Made by a program: the position numbers and the translations under genes. Of a DNA stretch of 64,000 nucleotides, positions 21,901-37,100 are shown piece by piece. The stretch spans positions 10,726,001-10,790,000 of the forward strand of contig OZ176051.1 in assembly GCA_964247055.1 (NCBI GenBank). The letters are read 5' to 3'. The notes beneath the pieces are model-generated. The model saw only the letters and a program-made list of their open reading frames with translations. It ran no database searches and was not told where the DNA came from. How positions within the stretch are numbered: position 1 is the stretch's first letter; each line of letters begins with the position of its first letter. The stretch is from Paragordius varius. Lineage: Eukaryota > Animalia > Nematomorpha.

Positions 21901-24900
21901 ACATTTTTGATTTTGCATTGTTGACCTTCAATAATCGGACCGCGAAAAATGCGACAAACAAAACGACGCTTGAAAATGGTTTGGAAAATGACCCAGGAGG
22001 AGATTTATTAAATGATAAAAATCATGCTGTTATTGATAAGGGAAATCAAGATGCGATGAATATTGAAGAAAACAATGAACTGGATGTTGATGGAATCGAT
22101 GTGGATTTTGATACGAATCCTGCTTTAGGTACTGATATACTATACTTTGCTATTTTATTGCTAAGATTGGAAGGCAGTTTTTAAATTTGGTTTGTAAACC
22201 TGTAATTTTGGTTGTGCTCTATAAAATATATTAAGTTTTGATTGTCTCTATATATTACAAACATATTATATTATTATATATATATATATATATATTTGTT
22301 TTAATTATAATTTGACTTTTATTTTCTTATTTCGCTTAAAAGTTAAAATTTTGACCATTTTTATATGCATTTCACATGTTAGGGTTAATGAAACCATTAC
22401 TCTTATTTGCAAAGGCCATTTACGATGCTGTACGTGCCAAATGTGATGCAAATACTATGGAATCGAAAATTTTAACCAATATTGATTATATTCCTGAACA
22501 TCTTGTTTCACAGTAAAAATTAACACTATGAATACAAATTAAAAAATTCCAAAGAAAATTTGAAATATGATAATCTAAATATTTTATGACCTTGATTTTT
22601 ACTAACTTAACTTTATTATTATTCCAAATTTATAATTGAGTATGTGTATATATTTAATATTTTAACCCACAACGATGAGTTATATTAAACGCAGAATAAA
22701 GTTGTCATTTATAAAACTTTACAGTAAAAATTGAAATTATACGGACAAAACTTAAAATAAAGACAAATATTTTTTTTATAAAAGACAACCATACTTTTTA
22801 AAACTTGATTAATTTAAATTTGAATCATTGTTTTTTATTTCCAAAGTACAAAATAGGCATGTATATTGGTAAAATAATCAATTATATCTTTTAGGTTTAT
22901 AATTTAATGATTTTAATAGGATCAATCAAGATTTAATAAGTATGGTTTTCTTTTAGAAAAAATATTTGTCTTTAAATTTTTAAGTTTTGTACGTATTTCA
23001 ATTTTTACTGTAATTCTTATTTTTACTGTATTACCACCCGAAAATTCTAGCGACGTGTCTACCAAAACTACGAAAACAAATGTAAATATAAATGATGATG
23101 ACATGACAGAAACATCATATTTACCCCTAAATGAATTATCCCTGACACGGATTAAAGATTGTTTTAAACATAAAGCACACCAAATACATGGCTTACGTCA
23201 AACTGTAGGAGGGATGGGTGAAATTGACACTGTTAAAGGAGAAAATACGCTTAAAAATGATTTAATAGCCAATCTCGGTTACCTCATTGGTAATCATCAA
23301 CATTTAGCCATCGATAATGTGGGTTTCATTGAACAAATTTGTGATTTGGATGCTAGATTAGGACAAGGTATATCTATATTTTCTCTTTAAAAATTATAAA
23401 AAGACAAAAAGTTTTAAAAAATAAAAACTATTTTTATAAATATTTATTTTTTTATCATTCATTTAATTAATTTCTTACGTTTGATGCTTTATAAAAAATA
23501 TGTGTCTATTACTAGTATTTGTAATTAAAATCTTAATTCTAAGTTTCATTTTAGATTCATAATTCTTTTTCTTTAAATCATTATTAATATGATTTTAAAT
23601 AAATTAGGAGTTATGATGATAATTGTTTATTGTGCAAAATTATTAAAATTTATTTTTTTCAAATATTATATGAAAAATTAAGAAAAAAAGTTGACCCTTT
23701 ATATTATAAATTAAAATTATATCCACTTTTTTTTAAATTCGAACTAAAGTTGGCTCCAAAGCCTTGATATATGGGCCAAATACGTGCTTAAAAGTTGCCA
23801 TTTTCATTCAAACAATGTTGCATTATGGAAATAAATCTATTAGCCATACCTATTCGATTATTGCAAAGTATGAATTTCATTTTCAAGTTCCATTCTTGTA
23901 AATTTAAAATTTATCTCATTAAAGTACTTAAATAGGATATCTGTAAAATATATTTTTGTAACTCTAAGAAATTTTTTTTATGGTTTATCCAAAGTTTTTG
24001 GCGCCGATTTAAAATTAAACATGAAATTTTCAAAATTAATAGTTTTAGATATAGAGCCATGAATATTATAATCATTCCAAAGAGCACAAAGACTGAATCT
24101 TTTGAAAGATAGTAAGACATTTTAATTAATCTGATAAAAGTTTGTGTTTATATAGTCAAAACTTTCAGCCCTATAATAAGTCAAAATTTTTCACAGAAAA
24201 ACTAATTTAACAATTTTTATTAATTATTTTATTAGGGTTGGGTTACATTAATACTAAAATTAAAAAAAAGTTTAAAAAAAGTTTTTGGTTTGTTTTTAAA
24301 TAAAAATTATTGTTTTTTAATAATTTACCTAGTGGGAACTAAAACGTTAAGTCATAACTTTAAGTTTATTGCTTAATGACTATAAAAGATCAGAATACCT
24401 TAATTATATATCTAGTATTTGAGATTTTAAAACCATAAGCCTTCTAAGGAAAATTATTAATATTGCTCTTTTTAATGACATAAATGCAATAAATAAGTGT
24501 TTTAATCAAAAGTTCGAGCTATTTCCATTAGTTTTAAATATATATCAATTTAGAATAAAACTTTTGCTTTGCGCGTTTTTCGGTTTCTATGTCCATTAAA
24601 TCAATGTAAAAATAGTATTTATTTTATAGAATTTCATTACTCTTTCGAATGGTATATTTTTGAAGAAAAACATTTTTTAGTAAAATTTTGATGAAAAGGG
24701 CGCGCATATTTTTTTAAAAATCTAATTATACAAAATTCTTAGGTGAGGTGGTATAATTTATTTTAGATTTACCATTAAAATGTTAGTAAAAAATCAGGAA
24801 ATGCAAAAAACTTGAGTGGCACAAAAAATTTGTTGTATAGTCCAATCAATATTACCCAAGATTCAAAAAAACATTTGTTGTAACTAAATGTAGCAAAATA

Positions 24901-25347
24901 TTATTTAAATTGGTATTATATATATTATTTGAATCACGCGATAAAAAACATGCATAATTTTTTTTTCTTTAGAGAGAGCGGTAACGGTGAAATGTAATAA
25001 ACCGATTGATTTTTATATTAAATTATATTTTTAATATTTAAATTTTACACCATTAGATATTTCAACATTTTCAAGCGTTTAGCTGATAATGAAGAATTAC
25101 AAAACATTGTTTTACGTTCCATATATCAATACTATCGCTTCAATAGCCAAGTATTTTTTTTTGCTTATTATAATGTAAGTTATTTAATATATACACTATG
25201 CACCATATTCAAATCCCCCCAACTATTAATTTAACCCATATTAACATAAGTTTTAAGGTTAATTTGATATATTTAAGGGCAAAATAAGTCATATTTTTTA
25301 TATCTAATATTTAGAAATTTAAGTGCGAAAATGTGAAGGATTATTAT

Positions 25348-25389
<42 letters not shown>

Positions 25390-27055
25390 AACGTAAAAAA
25401 TTCCTCATTTTTAATTCTAATTATAAATATCATCAAATGTTTTTAATAACCTATTTAATTAAATAAGAATAAATAAACAATTAAAAATTCTATTAATATT
25501 TATTGCTTGCGATCATTTTATATTTCAAAAACAACCATAATTTTTTCAAACTTTCTTTCCTACATTAATCATATACCATTTATACTGCAAATTCTTTGAG
25601 AAACCCTGAAAAATTAAATAATACGCATATATTTTTTATTTATGAAAAACTGAAATTTTGTTTGCAATAAAAATAATACTGAACGAATAATATATTCTAG
25701 ATTTATTTTTATTAATGATGATTTATATTAACCCTTAAACACATTATTTTCAGAATGAATTTAAATAGTTCAAAGGTTAATTTGAATCGTAATTGGTATA
25801 TTATTAATAAATATATCCAATTAACATATCTATTCCTTTTTTGCAACACAAAATAATAAAAAATCAAGGTTCAAAAACATGGTTGTCTTTTACGATTTGT
25901 TTGATAAATTCAATTTTTTCTGTATTTATTATTAAAGATGGTTACAGTCATTTGTGAAAAAATGATAAAAACTCAACTCTTAACTGGTTTGTCTGTTCTC
26001 CAATGGGTCTTTAGTAATGATATGTCTCACGAATTCACAAGATCATATGTTTGGAATGAAATAGTTATTAGGTGCTGTTTAAATCGGGCTCATAAACGGG
26101 TCACTCTACTTCAAAAGTATATTTATTTTGTTTTGTAATATACAAAAATAAAGACAAAACGTAAAAATTAAAGGTCATATTTTTTTTTACTTTTTTGCAA
26201 TATAACCCATCGTATTAGGTCGTATAATAGATAATCGAAACTATGAGCATAATTTTATTCGTTTATTAATATAGAATTAATCTTTAGTTTTATGTTTTTT
26301 TATGATGATTTGCTGTATAATTATCATTAAAAATACTTTTTACACAATATATATATTTCGTTTTTATTATTAGGGATATCCATTATATACAAACTCAGCT
26401 TGAAGCAAAGGTAAAATCTAACATTTATGTCTTTTTTTCTAAATATAATACAATAAAACTATAATTTTTAAACATTTTTTATGCAAATTTTATAATTTAC
26501 CTTAATCGAAACCATTACGAAAAAATTTACTAAATTGAAAAATTAAAGGGTATTGATGAGGACAACACTGCCCAAAATGTTAATGAGGATGAAATGAATC
26601 ATTTTGAAAGGACACCCCTAACTCCAGATGAACGGAAATTGAAACAGGATGAATTGGTGAGAATGCAAGAACGTCTTGAAACTTATAGGTCTGAAGAGAA
26701 AAAAATGTTTCTCATTGTTTTTCAAGTAAAAATAATTGTACTTACTTTTTTGTAAATCTGCATATGTGGACGCTCCCTTCAAGCATCCCTCATAAATGTT
26801 TTAACACAAATAACATTTAAAATTTATCACCTTATGGTGATTATCATACTTTTCCTATTTTTAAATAAAGCTTTAATTCAAGGATGTTCAACATGTTTTT
26901 TCGGTACTCAAAAGTGCTCTAAAAATATTATTTACAATTATTTAGAAGATATATCATTTAAAATGGGTTAAAAAAATTTAAATTAATCAAAGCAGCCTCG
27001 AAGATATTTGTGTTGAACATCCCTGCCCTAATTGTTATGTTATAATCGTTTAAGG

Positions 27056-27095
<40 letters not shown>

Positions 27096-28040
27096 CTTTC
27101 ACAGACTTATAGTTTGCGGGTATGAAAACCCCTACTAATAATGAGCCAAAAATTATGAAGAAATTAAATTGAATTATTAATTTTTATTAATTGCAAATAT
27201 CGGCACTGCAATAAACATTTTATAATATTTATAAAAAAGATGTCATAATGCCTATCATGATCTACATAATCTTCCCACAATCGCATTATCGTGGGTGTCT
27301 ACTGTAAGAGTATCTTTAAATGTTTTTTAAAAAGGAGCTAAATCGACATATGGATTAACTTTGTAAACCAAATGTATTAAGCCATGCATGGTATGTATAA
27401 TAGCACAATAGTTTAAGCCACGCATGAACATAAAAATTAGAGTTGTACAAAAATTCATTAACTCGCAAACTACATAAAAAATAAACTATAACTAAAATTT
27501 GTGAGTAAAATTCAAGTGTTAATTAATGTTATGCTTTTTAGAGATTATTATAATAATACCTTTTGTCTGATTTAGCGATTACTTATTGTGCTCAATGAAT
27601 ATCTTACAAAATGTGATTCGGAAAATGTTAATTATCGCACACCCTGGTTCAAATACACTTTGGAGCGAACTGAACAAGTAATCTCCCATAATTTGAGAAT
27701 TATTTTTCAATTACAAAATTTGTAAATATACAGATATTAAAAGTAAAAAACTATTATTTTTTATTAAAACATGGTTTGATCTTTGTTTTAAAATATAACC
27801 CATTCTTTAGTCCACAACCGAATAAAGATTTTTGTAATAAAAGTATTTTTCATTATATACTAAATTTTATGTGTCTATGTTATTGAATAGATATTTTTAA
27901 CGTTTCACGAGATGTTTTTGGATCCCGGCAACGAACTTGGTCGCGATCTTATGTCCAGTTTGGAGAATTTAATGTTCACCTCAGATTTGGATTCCAGAAT
28001 TGTTGGAGTTTTTCAACAATTTCGTGCACTTTCGGCCTAG
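13844..28040 (+). CDS. NCBP1: Nuclear cap-binding protein subunit 1 (CBP80), 23 exons, 1023 aa
   Basis: Exons 13844-13966, 13997-14097, 14124-14208, 14267-14443, 14742-14866, 16414-16480, 16608-16733, 17748-17921, 18590-18687, 18974-19037, 19779-19889, 20439-20503, 20673-20810, 21815-22128, 22383-22512, 23051-23367, 23750-23867, 25057-25150, 25938-26116, 26374-26410, 26549-26725, 27576-27677, 27891-28040 (3072 nt, all GT-AG, frame-consistent). Diagnostic peptides: [74 protein letters not shown]-terminal [10 protein letters not shown]. Confidence 0.97.
16081..16358. mobile_element. MITE, CCATTTAC-TIR family (NCBP1 intron 5)
   Basis: TATA|CCATTTACAGTTTAAATTCACCC ... AATTTGAATAGTAAATGG|TG. Confidence 0.75.
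19219..19470. mobile_element. MITE, CCATTTAC-TIR family (NCBP1 intron 10)
   Basis: TATA|CCATTTACAATTAAAATTCACC ... GAATTTGAACTGTAAATGG|TATA, with a TA duplication on both sides. Confidence 0.8.
20172..20351. mobile_element. Degenerate hAT MITE
   Basis: Ends CAGGGCTGCCCAAC and GTGTTGGACAACCCAG; no TSD retained. Confidence 0.5.
21478..21762. mobile_element. hAT (Buster/Charlie-type) MITE
   Basis: Left end TAGGGGTATCCAACAACCCGTGGGCCGCATGCAGCCC (typical Buster-like subterminal motif); right end CGGCCCGCTAAGCCATTTGTGTTGAGGACACTCCTG. Confidence 0.7.
26879..27025. mobile_element. Short hAT MITE
   Basis: CAAGGATGTTCAACA ... TGTTGAACATCCCTG, flanked by the near-TSD CTTTAATT / CCCTAATT (6 of 8 identical). 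Confidence 0.6.
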
Positions 28041-28802
28041 TTATATCGTTGTTTTTTCTTTTATTTTTATACTTAAATTTACATTTTTCCGCCTCATTAT
28101 ATATAAACGTTTGACTTTACCTATACATGTAAATATGTTTTGCGTTTTTTAAAAATTTGATAATTCACATAAAAATAAATATTATCCATTCTTCTTATAT
28201 TAATGTGTAGTAATTTGGTTTAGTCGTGATGTATTACTTAATATTAAATGATTGGTAATAATTTAAAAAATTATTTTTTACGATTTTAACCTAGGAAATT
28301 TGTGTGTGTTAACAATAAAAACAATTTATTATTAATATTAATAATTTACATATGTTGTTGTTAGATTGTGAGCTTTTCAAAATAAGTATTAGATATGATT
28401 TTCTATTAATCTTTTGTTAAATAAATAACATATATATATAAATTTAAAATGAATTATTAGGCACTATGATACGTTTATCTATATGATTGATTAATATTTT
28501 TAAGCAATATTCTATGATATACAATATATTTAAGGGGTGTTTTTGCACAATACTATTAAAATGTTTTAAAATTATTTAATACAATTGGAATGCGTATATT
28601 TTGTAAATTTTATGGTTATAATAATTTATAATATAAGATTCTTTTGCCGTAAAATCAAATTTTAAAGTTAATTAATGTTTGTGAGTTATATATATATATA
28701 TAATTTAAAAGACAAATAAAAATGTGTCTTCCAATTTTGTACACATGGAATTCCTTGCTAAAACCGTTTTTGTGTGTTTTGTCGTTTTATTTCCCTTTTT
28801 TT

Positions 28803-31800
28803 TTATTTAAAAGCAAACACTTCAAGTAAAGTAACATCAAAATTTTGTTGCGATAATGATTTTGAATCAGAGTTGGATTTTTCTGTCGATGACGTTAATA
28901 GGGGTGGACTATTGAAAGTTTCGCATGCTTGAGTAATTCCAGATTCAAGGGATCCATTAAATTGAATAGCATGGCCAGTGCTAAATGAATGGAGAATTTA
29001 TTTGAAATAAGTAAATTTTTAGTTAAAATTATACTGAACATAAAAAGTAAAAGCCATTTTCTAACCGGTACAATCAATATATTCCAACTTTTTTAATAAA
29101 AAAATATTTTTATACTAATGTTTTTTATGTTTTTAATCCAGCATTTTTGCTACCCATGCCTTAAATTATTAAATTTTATTGAAACAATGAATGTATAAAT
29201 GTTTGCCTTGAAATACCATGAGAAAAGTAATGCTTAATTCAGTAGGTTTTAAAATTGTCCACCTTCCTTATATATTTTTTCCACTTATTTCCTTAAAAGT
29301 TATAACCTTGCATATTTAAGGCTTAACCGGTCATATTTCTATTTTAACATGATATACTCTAACCAACCGTTTCGACTTGGATCAATCAAAGACACACCAT
29401 ATTTGAATTCTTTAGAATGTCATTTACAATTGGCTAAAATGTTGACAATCCTAATTTAACTTTTTTCATCAAAATTTTTGTTGATTCGAGAAAAAATGCA
29501 AGGATGACTGTTTACGCATGACAAATTTTCTATGACTTTCAGCTATAAAATTACTGGCTTAAACCATTTTTTTGTATTTCCACATGGGTAACATAATATC
29601 CAAATATATCTAAAATTCACATTCATACTTCTATATTTTTAGCAAAATATATATATATTTTGGTTTATAACCTGCCACCTCCTATGAGTAAGCGTTCATT
29701 AGATGCACTTTGAAACATGTGTGTTGCGGCTTTGTTTAACAATGATTGTTCTTCAGCTTGATGAGCATTCTTAGTATTTTTTTGTAATGATTTACCAATC
29801 CATTCATATCGGACATGTTTGGGTTTTAGCGTAAACACAAACATTTCCCCCGTCCCAAAAAAGGTATTGGCCTTAGCATCATTCCTTTGTTTCCAATCAC
29901 ATGAAAGATAAGCACCAAATATCTAAGAAATGATAAATTTGAGAAAATTAATTTAAGGATCACTCAGTTACATTCATTCGGGTTACTTTTTTGGGGCATT
30001 GAAATAATTCGCGAATATTCTATAAGACAAATTTTAATATCCGTAAATATTAAGTATTAATATTAATTGAGGATAGAGTGTAATAGTTTTGACCGACGAA
30101 AAATCTTAAATGTCGAAAAAAAAAGAGTTGAAACATTAGGTAGGTTAATTTTTAAATTTAAAATAAAATGTGACCGTTTTTGGGGTAATAATTGTAACAT
30201 TCCAAAAATAAATAGATTTTTATTCAAAAACTTGTGTAACTTTTGATGAAAAAAATTAAGTGGTAATATGTTTGCCTATGTTATAAAAGCATATTGTCGG
30301 GTAATAATGAATTTGTTTATGCTGTAAAGATTAGCTGTTGTCTATTTTCCCCTTGCTGTCAGATAAGAATATTCTTGTTATAATTTTACAGTTAATAGCG
30401 AAATAAAAATAAAAAAGTGGCATATATTTTATAGCAACGAGAAAACAAAAAAAGGAACTAACTTGATCCGTGGTAGTTTTTATGATTAATAGGGTTGGTT
30501 CCTCACCATCGACGCGGGCAAAAAAAGTTCGTAAACTTATGCCATCCGTTTGAGTTGAGAACAATTTGTAAGGGACATACATTGTATAACGCGTAGGTAT
30601 CCAACTCCATATATATCGCAACGATTGCCTACTCAATAATTCGGATTCGGTGTAAGGCTATAAAAAGATTAATTGAATAATATAAATATTGGTTTTTTTT
30701 GTTACTCATTTTTGCTCTTTTGTGGAATTTAATCCTACTATCATTGTAATTTCACAATTTTTAGTTGGCTTTTATAAGGAATATTTTATTATTTTATACA
30801 TGTAGTAGATAAAATCAAATTTATAGAATAAAAATATTGTTATGTAAAGAAATAATTAAATTACAGATAAAATTAAATTTATAGCGACAAAAGTAAAACC
30901 TAAAAGACATATATTTTTTATGGGACAACCATAATTTTTTACCGTAAATTTTTATTTTTATTCCTTGTTTTGTAATGCAAGATAAGGAATAGAAATGAGA
31001 ATTTGTACGGACTTAAATATCAAAATGATAATTATAGAAAATATTTATCAAATATTAAGGTTAGAAAAAGTAAAATCGGATTATTTGAGTAGTTTATTTT
31101 GTTCGTTCAGACTTAAATTAATATGCTTGCTCTTAAAATTTGATTACTAATTGGGTAGGCATTAGGTGTTTTATTACAAATTAGAAGATATATTATTATT
31201 TTGCATCATTTCATTTTACTGTGGCGCAATTTACCATTAAAAAGGGATGATAAATGACAATATTACAAAAATATGCATAGTATTATTCATATAGTTGTTT
31301 TATACACTAGTGTATTGCCAATTGGTTGACTGACTATAATGTGAATAGGTCACATTGAACATACTGTAAAACTTTAATAATAATTATTAAAATTAGTAAG
31401 AAATTTAAACCAAATTTAAAATAAATAGTTAATTTTCAATATATTATTTTAACAACAACTATAAAAATTTTATAAATTTAAACTCCCCTTAACCAGAAAT
31501 TATAGGGTGAGATAGCATTATTAACTTTTTTCTAAATTTATTAAATTTTAAAATCTTGAGTCATGCAAACATTTTACAAAATCCATTACCATACTTCTAT
31601 ACTATATTATTAGTTTTTCATAAATACCGCATATCATATACAGTAATGAGAATATTATTGGTAAATAGTAAAAAAACGAAAAAACGGCTTTAAACCAAAA
31701 AATACTTATGTATGCTGTTTATGCATGGAATAATTAATAAAAAGAAATTAGCAGGTATACACCAATTCGTATACTATAAAATTTTTACTGGTGGAGGGAT

Positions 31801-34073
31801 TTGAGAAACCAATCCCAATATTAAGCCCCTATTTTCAGGTTGGTCTTCAAACGATTTAGCTGCTAAGAAAAAGTTTGAGACGCGTTCCTTGGCATATTTT
31901 TCATATTTTCGAGTTAGGTCATCGATCGTGTGTGTTCGTAATCCACGGATACCAAATGCAATCTGTAAAGCAACACACACGTTTACAAAATAATTATATA
32001 ATGCATTGGCAAAAGATTATTAAAACTATTTATATAAATAAGGAGTTATAAAATGACAGTATAAGTTTATTGTTCCCGTATATTATTTTTTTAAAGTTTG
32101 AGATTATGTATAAATGGAATAAGATGATAATTAATTTTCATCATTAAGCGTTTTCAACATTTTTCTCTCTATATATATTTATCATTATTTTTGAATGTTA
32201 TGTCATTATTGATTCGTGTCAAAGGAAAAATTGTAATTATAAGTCGTGATTGTTAAATGAAATTCGTTTATAAAAAAACTTTTTACTCGTAAAAGTTTAT
32301 CAGGGCTAAATGTAACATCTTGACAGTACCGTGCAATAAAAATTCCAATATTCGGATATTCATAGTATATATCTAGAGCCGATAAAGTCGATCTTTTTCG
32401 CGGTGGTATGGAGAATTGGTCGATTTCTGGAGCAGAGCCTTGTGGTATTAAGGTTTGACGTCGATCTAAATTTGCGATTTCGATTTCCATGTAAAACATT
32501 ATACAATTTCGAAAAAAACATTAAATAAGGGCTTTAAAAATTATATATTTGTTTTAAAAAGTGTTTAGTAAAATATATACCACCTTTTTTATAACTCGGA
32601 AATTCGTCCGTGGTAGGAGGTAACAATTCGGTATCACTACACAATTCACCTTCAACCAAATGGGTAGAAAGCTTTTTAACTTTTTTAACAGTATTCGCCT
32701 CGTTTGGAGTTTTTGTCAAAGAGAGTTTTCCATTATTTTTACCGCTTTTTTCGGATTCATCAAACAGGCTTGAAGGTCGACTCGGTTTTAGATGTGAAAC
32801 CAAGCTGGATGTATCACTACTTTGATGGGTGTGACCAATCTTTATTGGAAAAATTATTATGTAACACTTATTTGAAACTAAACCGTAACCAAATATTAAA
32901 AAATCGAGACCAAGACTTTTTCAAATTTATTGTTTAATTAAAAGATTGTTATTTAGCTAAAACAAAGTATTCGTATTCGAATTTACACACTATAATCATG
33001 ATAATCGACATGCTAAATACCGTTAAAATTATTAAAGAATAAAGATTTTATTTTTTCTGACATGTCATTAAAAAGTCGCATTTTCATCGCATATTAGAGC
33101 AAAATAAAAAAGCGTATTAATATCTGTCATAATTATATTCCTAAAATGTTATATTAATATACATTTTCAGGGTCATTAAAAGATATATAAATTTAAGGTC
33201 GCACAAAATAAAAAACACTATGCAGTCAAAGTATAATCAAAATTACTTGCATTATGCCGTAAAAGATTTTAATTTCGATTTATATCAATATTACCCATTA
33301 TATAAATTGGTTTTACATTTATATAAAAAGATATTAATCGAAACATAAGTAGCATTTTTTTACATTCCTTCCAATTTATATTCTCTTAATAATTTTTTTC
33401 TATACAGCTCAATACAGATAAAAAAAATTTTATAATCAACTCAGCTTTTTTATTGTTTTCAGTTCCCAAAAGCCGAAACCAAAAATATAAATGGCAAAAT
33501 TATTAAATTATAACATTTACAATTCAAATTCATCGTTGAACAATTCGAATTCCCTCATCGAACAATCCAATATACCCTAAAAATAAATTAAATGATTTCG
33601 AGCTAATATAACTCATCATTAATATGAAATATATTTTTATGGCAAAGTTTATTATTTTTCAGTATTATTTACATATAAAATTTAATCTTATTAAACACAT
33701 AATTTATTTTAGAATGAATTTAAATTGTATTTAAATTGTTGGGAGGTGAATTTGAACTGTTTAAGGAGGGTGAATTTGAACTGTAAATGGTATGCATATA
33801 CTTTGTCAAAAAAACTCATACTTTATTTTGACTTTCCATGATAGCTGTCCAATTATTTGTGGATGTTTGAGTTTGATTATCAGATTCAGACTCGGTTGAT
33901 CCCAAATAATTTTTTGTTTTAACAGGTTTGGGATTATCATCTTCACTTTCACTGTTCGTGCTATTGTCAGAGTCTATGGCTTGATTTGAGGACATGGTAT
34001 GGCTTTCAGCAAAAGTTACATTCTTTTTCTTTGGAGTAGTTACCACTTTTTTGACTAATATATATATATATAA

Positions 34074-34104
<31 letters not shown>

Positions 34105-37100
34105 AGTTAAAAAACAAATGCATTTATATTAAGACTGGCCATTTTTTAAACCTGATTTTTTAATGTGTTACAAATGTTTTTTTGTGGTTTGACTTCTCAT
34201 TCAATATTTTTAATTTATATTTTAATCTTTAGTTTATATTTTAATTTTATTTTTTACATTTGACAAAAATTACCTGCAATAATTGAAAATTCACCCCAAA
34301 AAATTCATTTGATTTTAGCTGTATTATAATTGCAATAATATTACATATAATTGTTCACTATTTTACTATACAAAACAATAAATTGCATTTTGAATCAAGG
34401 TTTAAAAATTATGGCTATTGTTAATTTTTACATTTTGTCCTAATATTTATGCTTTATTATGATATATTTATTCAGCAATAATAATAATTTCTTTTATCTA
34501 ATTTTTATGTTTGGGTATATATTTTAGAGTTTAACAATGTACAAAAATTTTTTAAAATTAAAGCCAAAATACGCCTGCATTAGAGATTTTTAGAATAAAT
34601 AGCATGTATAAACTAATTATATGCTAATTATCAGAAACATTTCTGTTTAGAAATTAAATGTCTACTATTAAACACAAAAAATAAAAAACTAAATTAGTGC
34701 ATTTCTTTTTTTTAAAAAAATATATCCACAAAATATAATCTCAAATATTATCACCTAAATTTAAAGCAAAAAGTTATTTTATTAGAGATTAAAAAGGATA
34801 TGTATGAATAAGAGAAGCCAATGTATTTCCCATATATTTACTGTTGTTGTTTGTTAAAAAGTATTAATACAATAGCAATAAAATATTAAAATAACTTTTC
34901 ATATTACAATCATGTACAGTGGCGTATGCAGTAAAAGATTGTTAGTGCAAAGTAATCTTAATGAACACAAAACAGGGGGATATTATGGATATGTTTATAA
35001 ATAGGACTGCATGATAATTAATATATGAAAATTGTCCCCCTGTTTTATGTTCATTAAGATTACTTTGCACTAACAATCTTTTACTGCATACGCCACTGTA
35101 TGTTTATAAATGCCAAACATACGTTTTTTATCGAATTTATTTTGTTTTTAATTGTTATGATGTTTGGTATCAACATGCGCATTCTTAAGCCTTAAAATAA
35201 TAATAATAGCCTATTTTTTGTAAGAATTATTTCATTAAAACATGTTACAAATTATTACTTAAACTAGTTCATCATGTACAACATGCTGCGCATATTGTAA
35301 TTTTTATCTTTTGTAATTAATTAATAATTAACAATTTTATTAACTCAAAGTTTTAACACAAATAACCAAAATATAATTTAAAAGATACAGTGGCGTATGC
35401 AGTAAAAGATTGTTAGTGCAAACTAATCTTAATGAACACAAAACAAGGGGACAATTTTCATATATTAAAGTCCTATTTATAAACATATCCATAATATCCC
35501 CCTATTAAGATTATTTTGCACTAACAATCTTTTACTGCATACGCTACTGTAAATATATTTATTGATGATTGATATAATATTTAAATAAATTTATAATTGT
35601 TTTCATTTTCTAGGGGTTTTATTTGCAGACATTCCAACAAAAAGTGTAAAGAAAACTTATAATGTAGATTTTTTTCCCTTCTCTCTTCGCAAAGTCTAGC
35701 AATTTTGTTATGCTGCTCTAGATTGGTACTACACCTGGGTTTTTTCTCATATTGATGTTTTATCTCGTGGAAAAAACATTCAATGGGATTGAGTTGCGGC
35801 GAATAAAGAGGTAAATAAACAATATTGTTCCTTAGTTCACCTACGACCGCGACTTTGTGAATAGGGGCATTATCGCAAACTATGAATGAACTTTCAGGAA
35901 TTCTAGTTAAACATTACGCCAAAAAATTTCTAAAATCATCGTCTTTAAAGGCGCCTTCTTTTGTTTTGTAATTAATTACTCCTGAACAACCAATTATACA
36001 TATTAATGAAACATTTTTTCCTAAAAAGAATTTAGAGTGTATCTTTGATTCAGAATTAATAGATGCTGTCAAAACATTAATAAACAATGATTGTGAATTG
36101 AAATTGATGAATTAATAGAACAAATACCGGACCATATTAAAGTATGCAGAACAACTATTTATAAAATTCTCTCGGATTTACAAATTACTCGAAAGAGGTG
36201 TATTTTACAACCTGGAAACGAAATACACCAGAAATATAGAAAAACGATATAATTATCTCAGATCGATGAAAGATGTTCCACATGAGCAAGTTTCTTTATT
36301 GACGAATCTGTTTTCACTTCGAAACTAACAAATATATGGTTAGAGCACTGAAGGGCAAATTTCCATTGTAGAGGGATTTAATAAAGATACACTTTAAATT
36401 TATTTTAGAAAAAAATGTTTCATTAATATGTATGATTGGTTGTCAAGGAGTAATTAATTACAAACCAAAAGAAGGCGCCTTTAAAGGCGATGATTTTAGA
36501 AATTTTTTAGCGTAATGTTTAACAAGAATCCCTGAAAGTTCAATAATAGTTTGCGATAATGCCCCTATTCACAAATCCGCGGTGGTAGGTGAGCTAAGGA
36601 ATAAAATTGTTTATTTACCTCCTTATTCGCCACAACTGAATCTTATTGAATGTTTTTTTCACGAGATAAAACATCAATATGAAAAAAAACCCCGGTGTAG
36701 GCCAATCTAGAGCAACATAACAAAATTGCTAGACTTTGCGAAGATAGAATGCAAAAAAATCTACAAAATTATTATAATTTTTCTTCACACATTTTGTTGG
36801 AATGTCTGCAAAGAAAACCCCTAGAAAATATATACAATTATAAATTTATTTAAATATTATATCAATCATCAATTATATTAATCTTTTAAATATTTTGGTA
36901 TTTGTGTTTAAATTTTGAGTCAATAAAATTGCTAATTATTAATTTATTACAAAAGATAAAAAATACAATATGCGCATGTTCTACATAAAATACTAGTTTA
37001 AGTATAATATTATGTAACATCTTTTAATTATAGATTAAAAATTCTTACAATAAATAGGCTATTATTATTTTAAGGCTAAAAATGTGCATTTTGAATGTTG

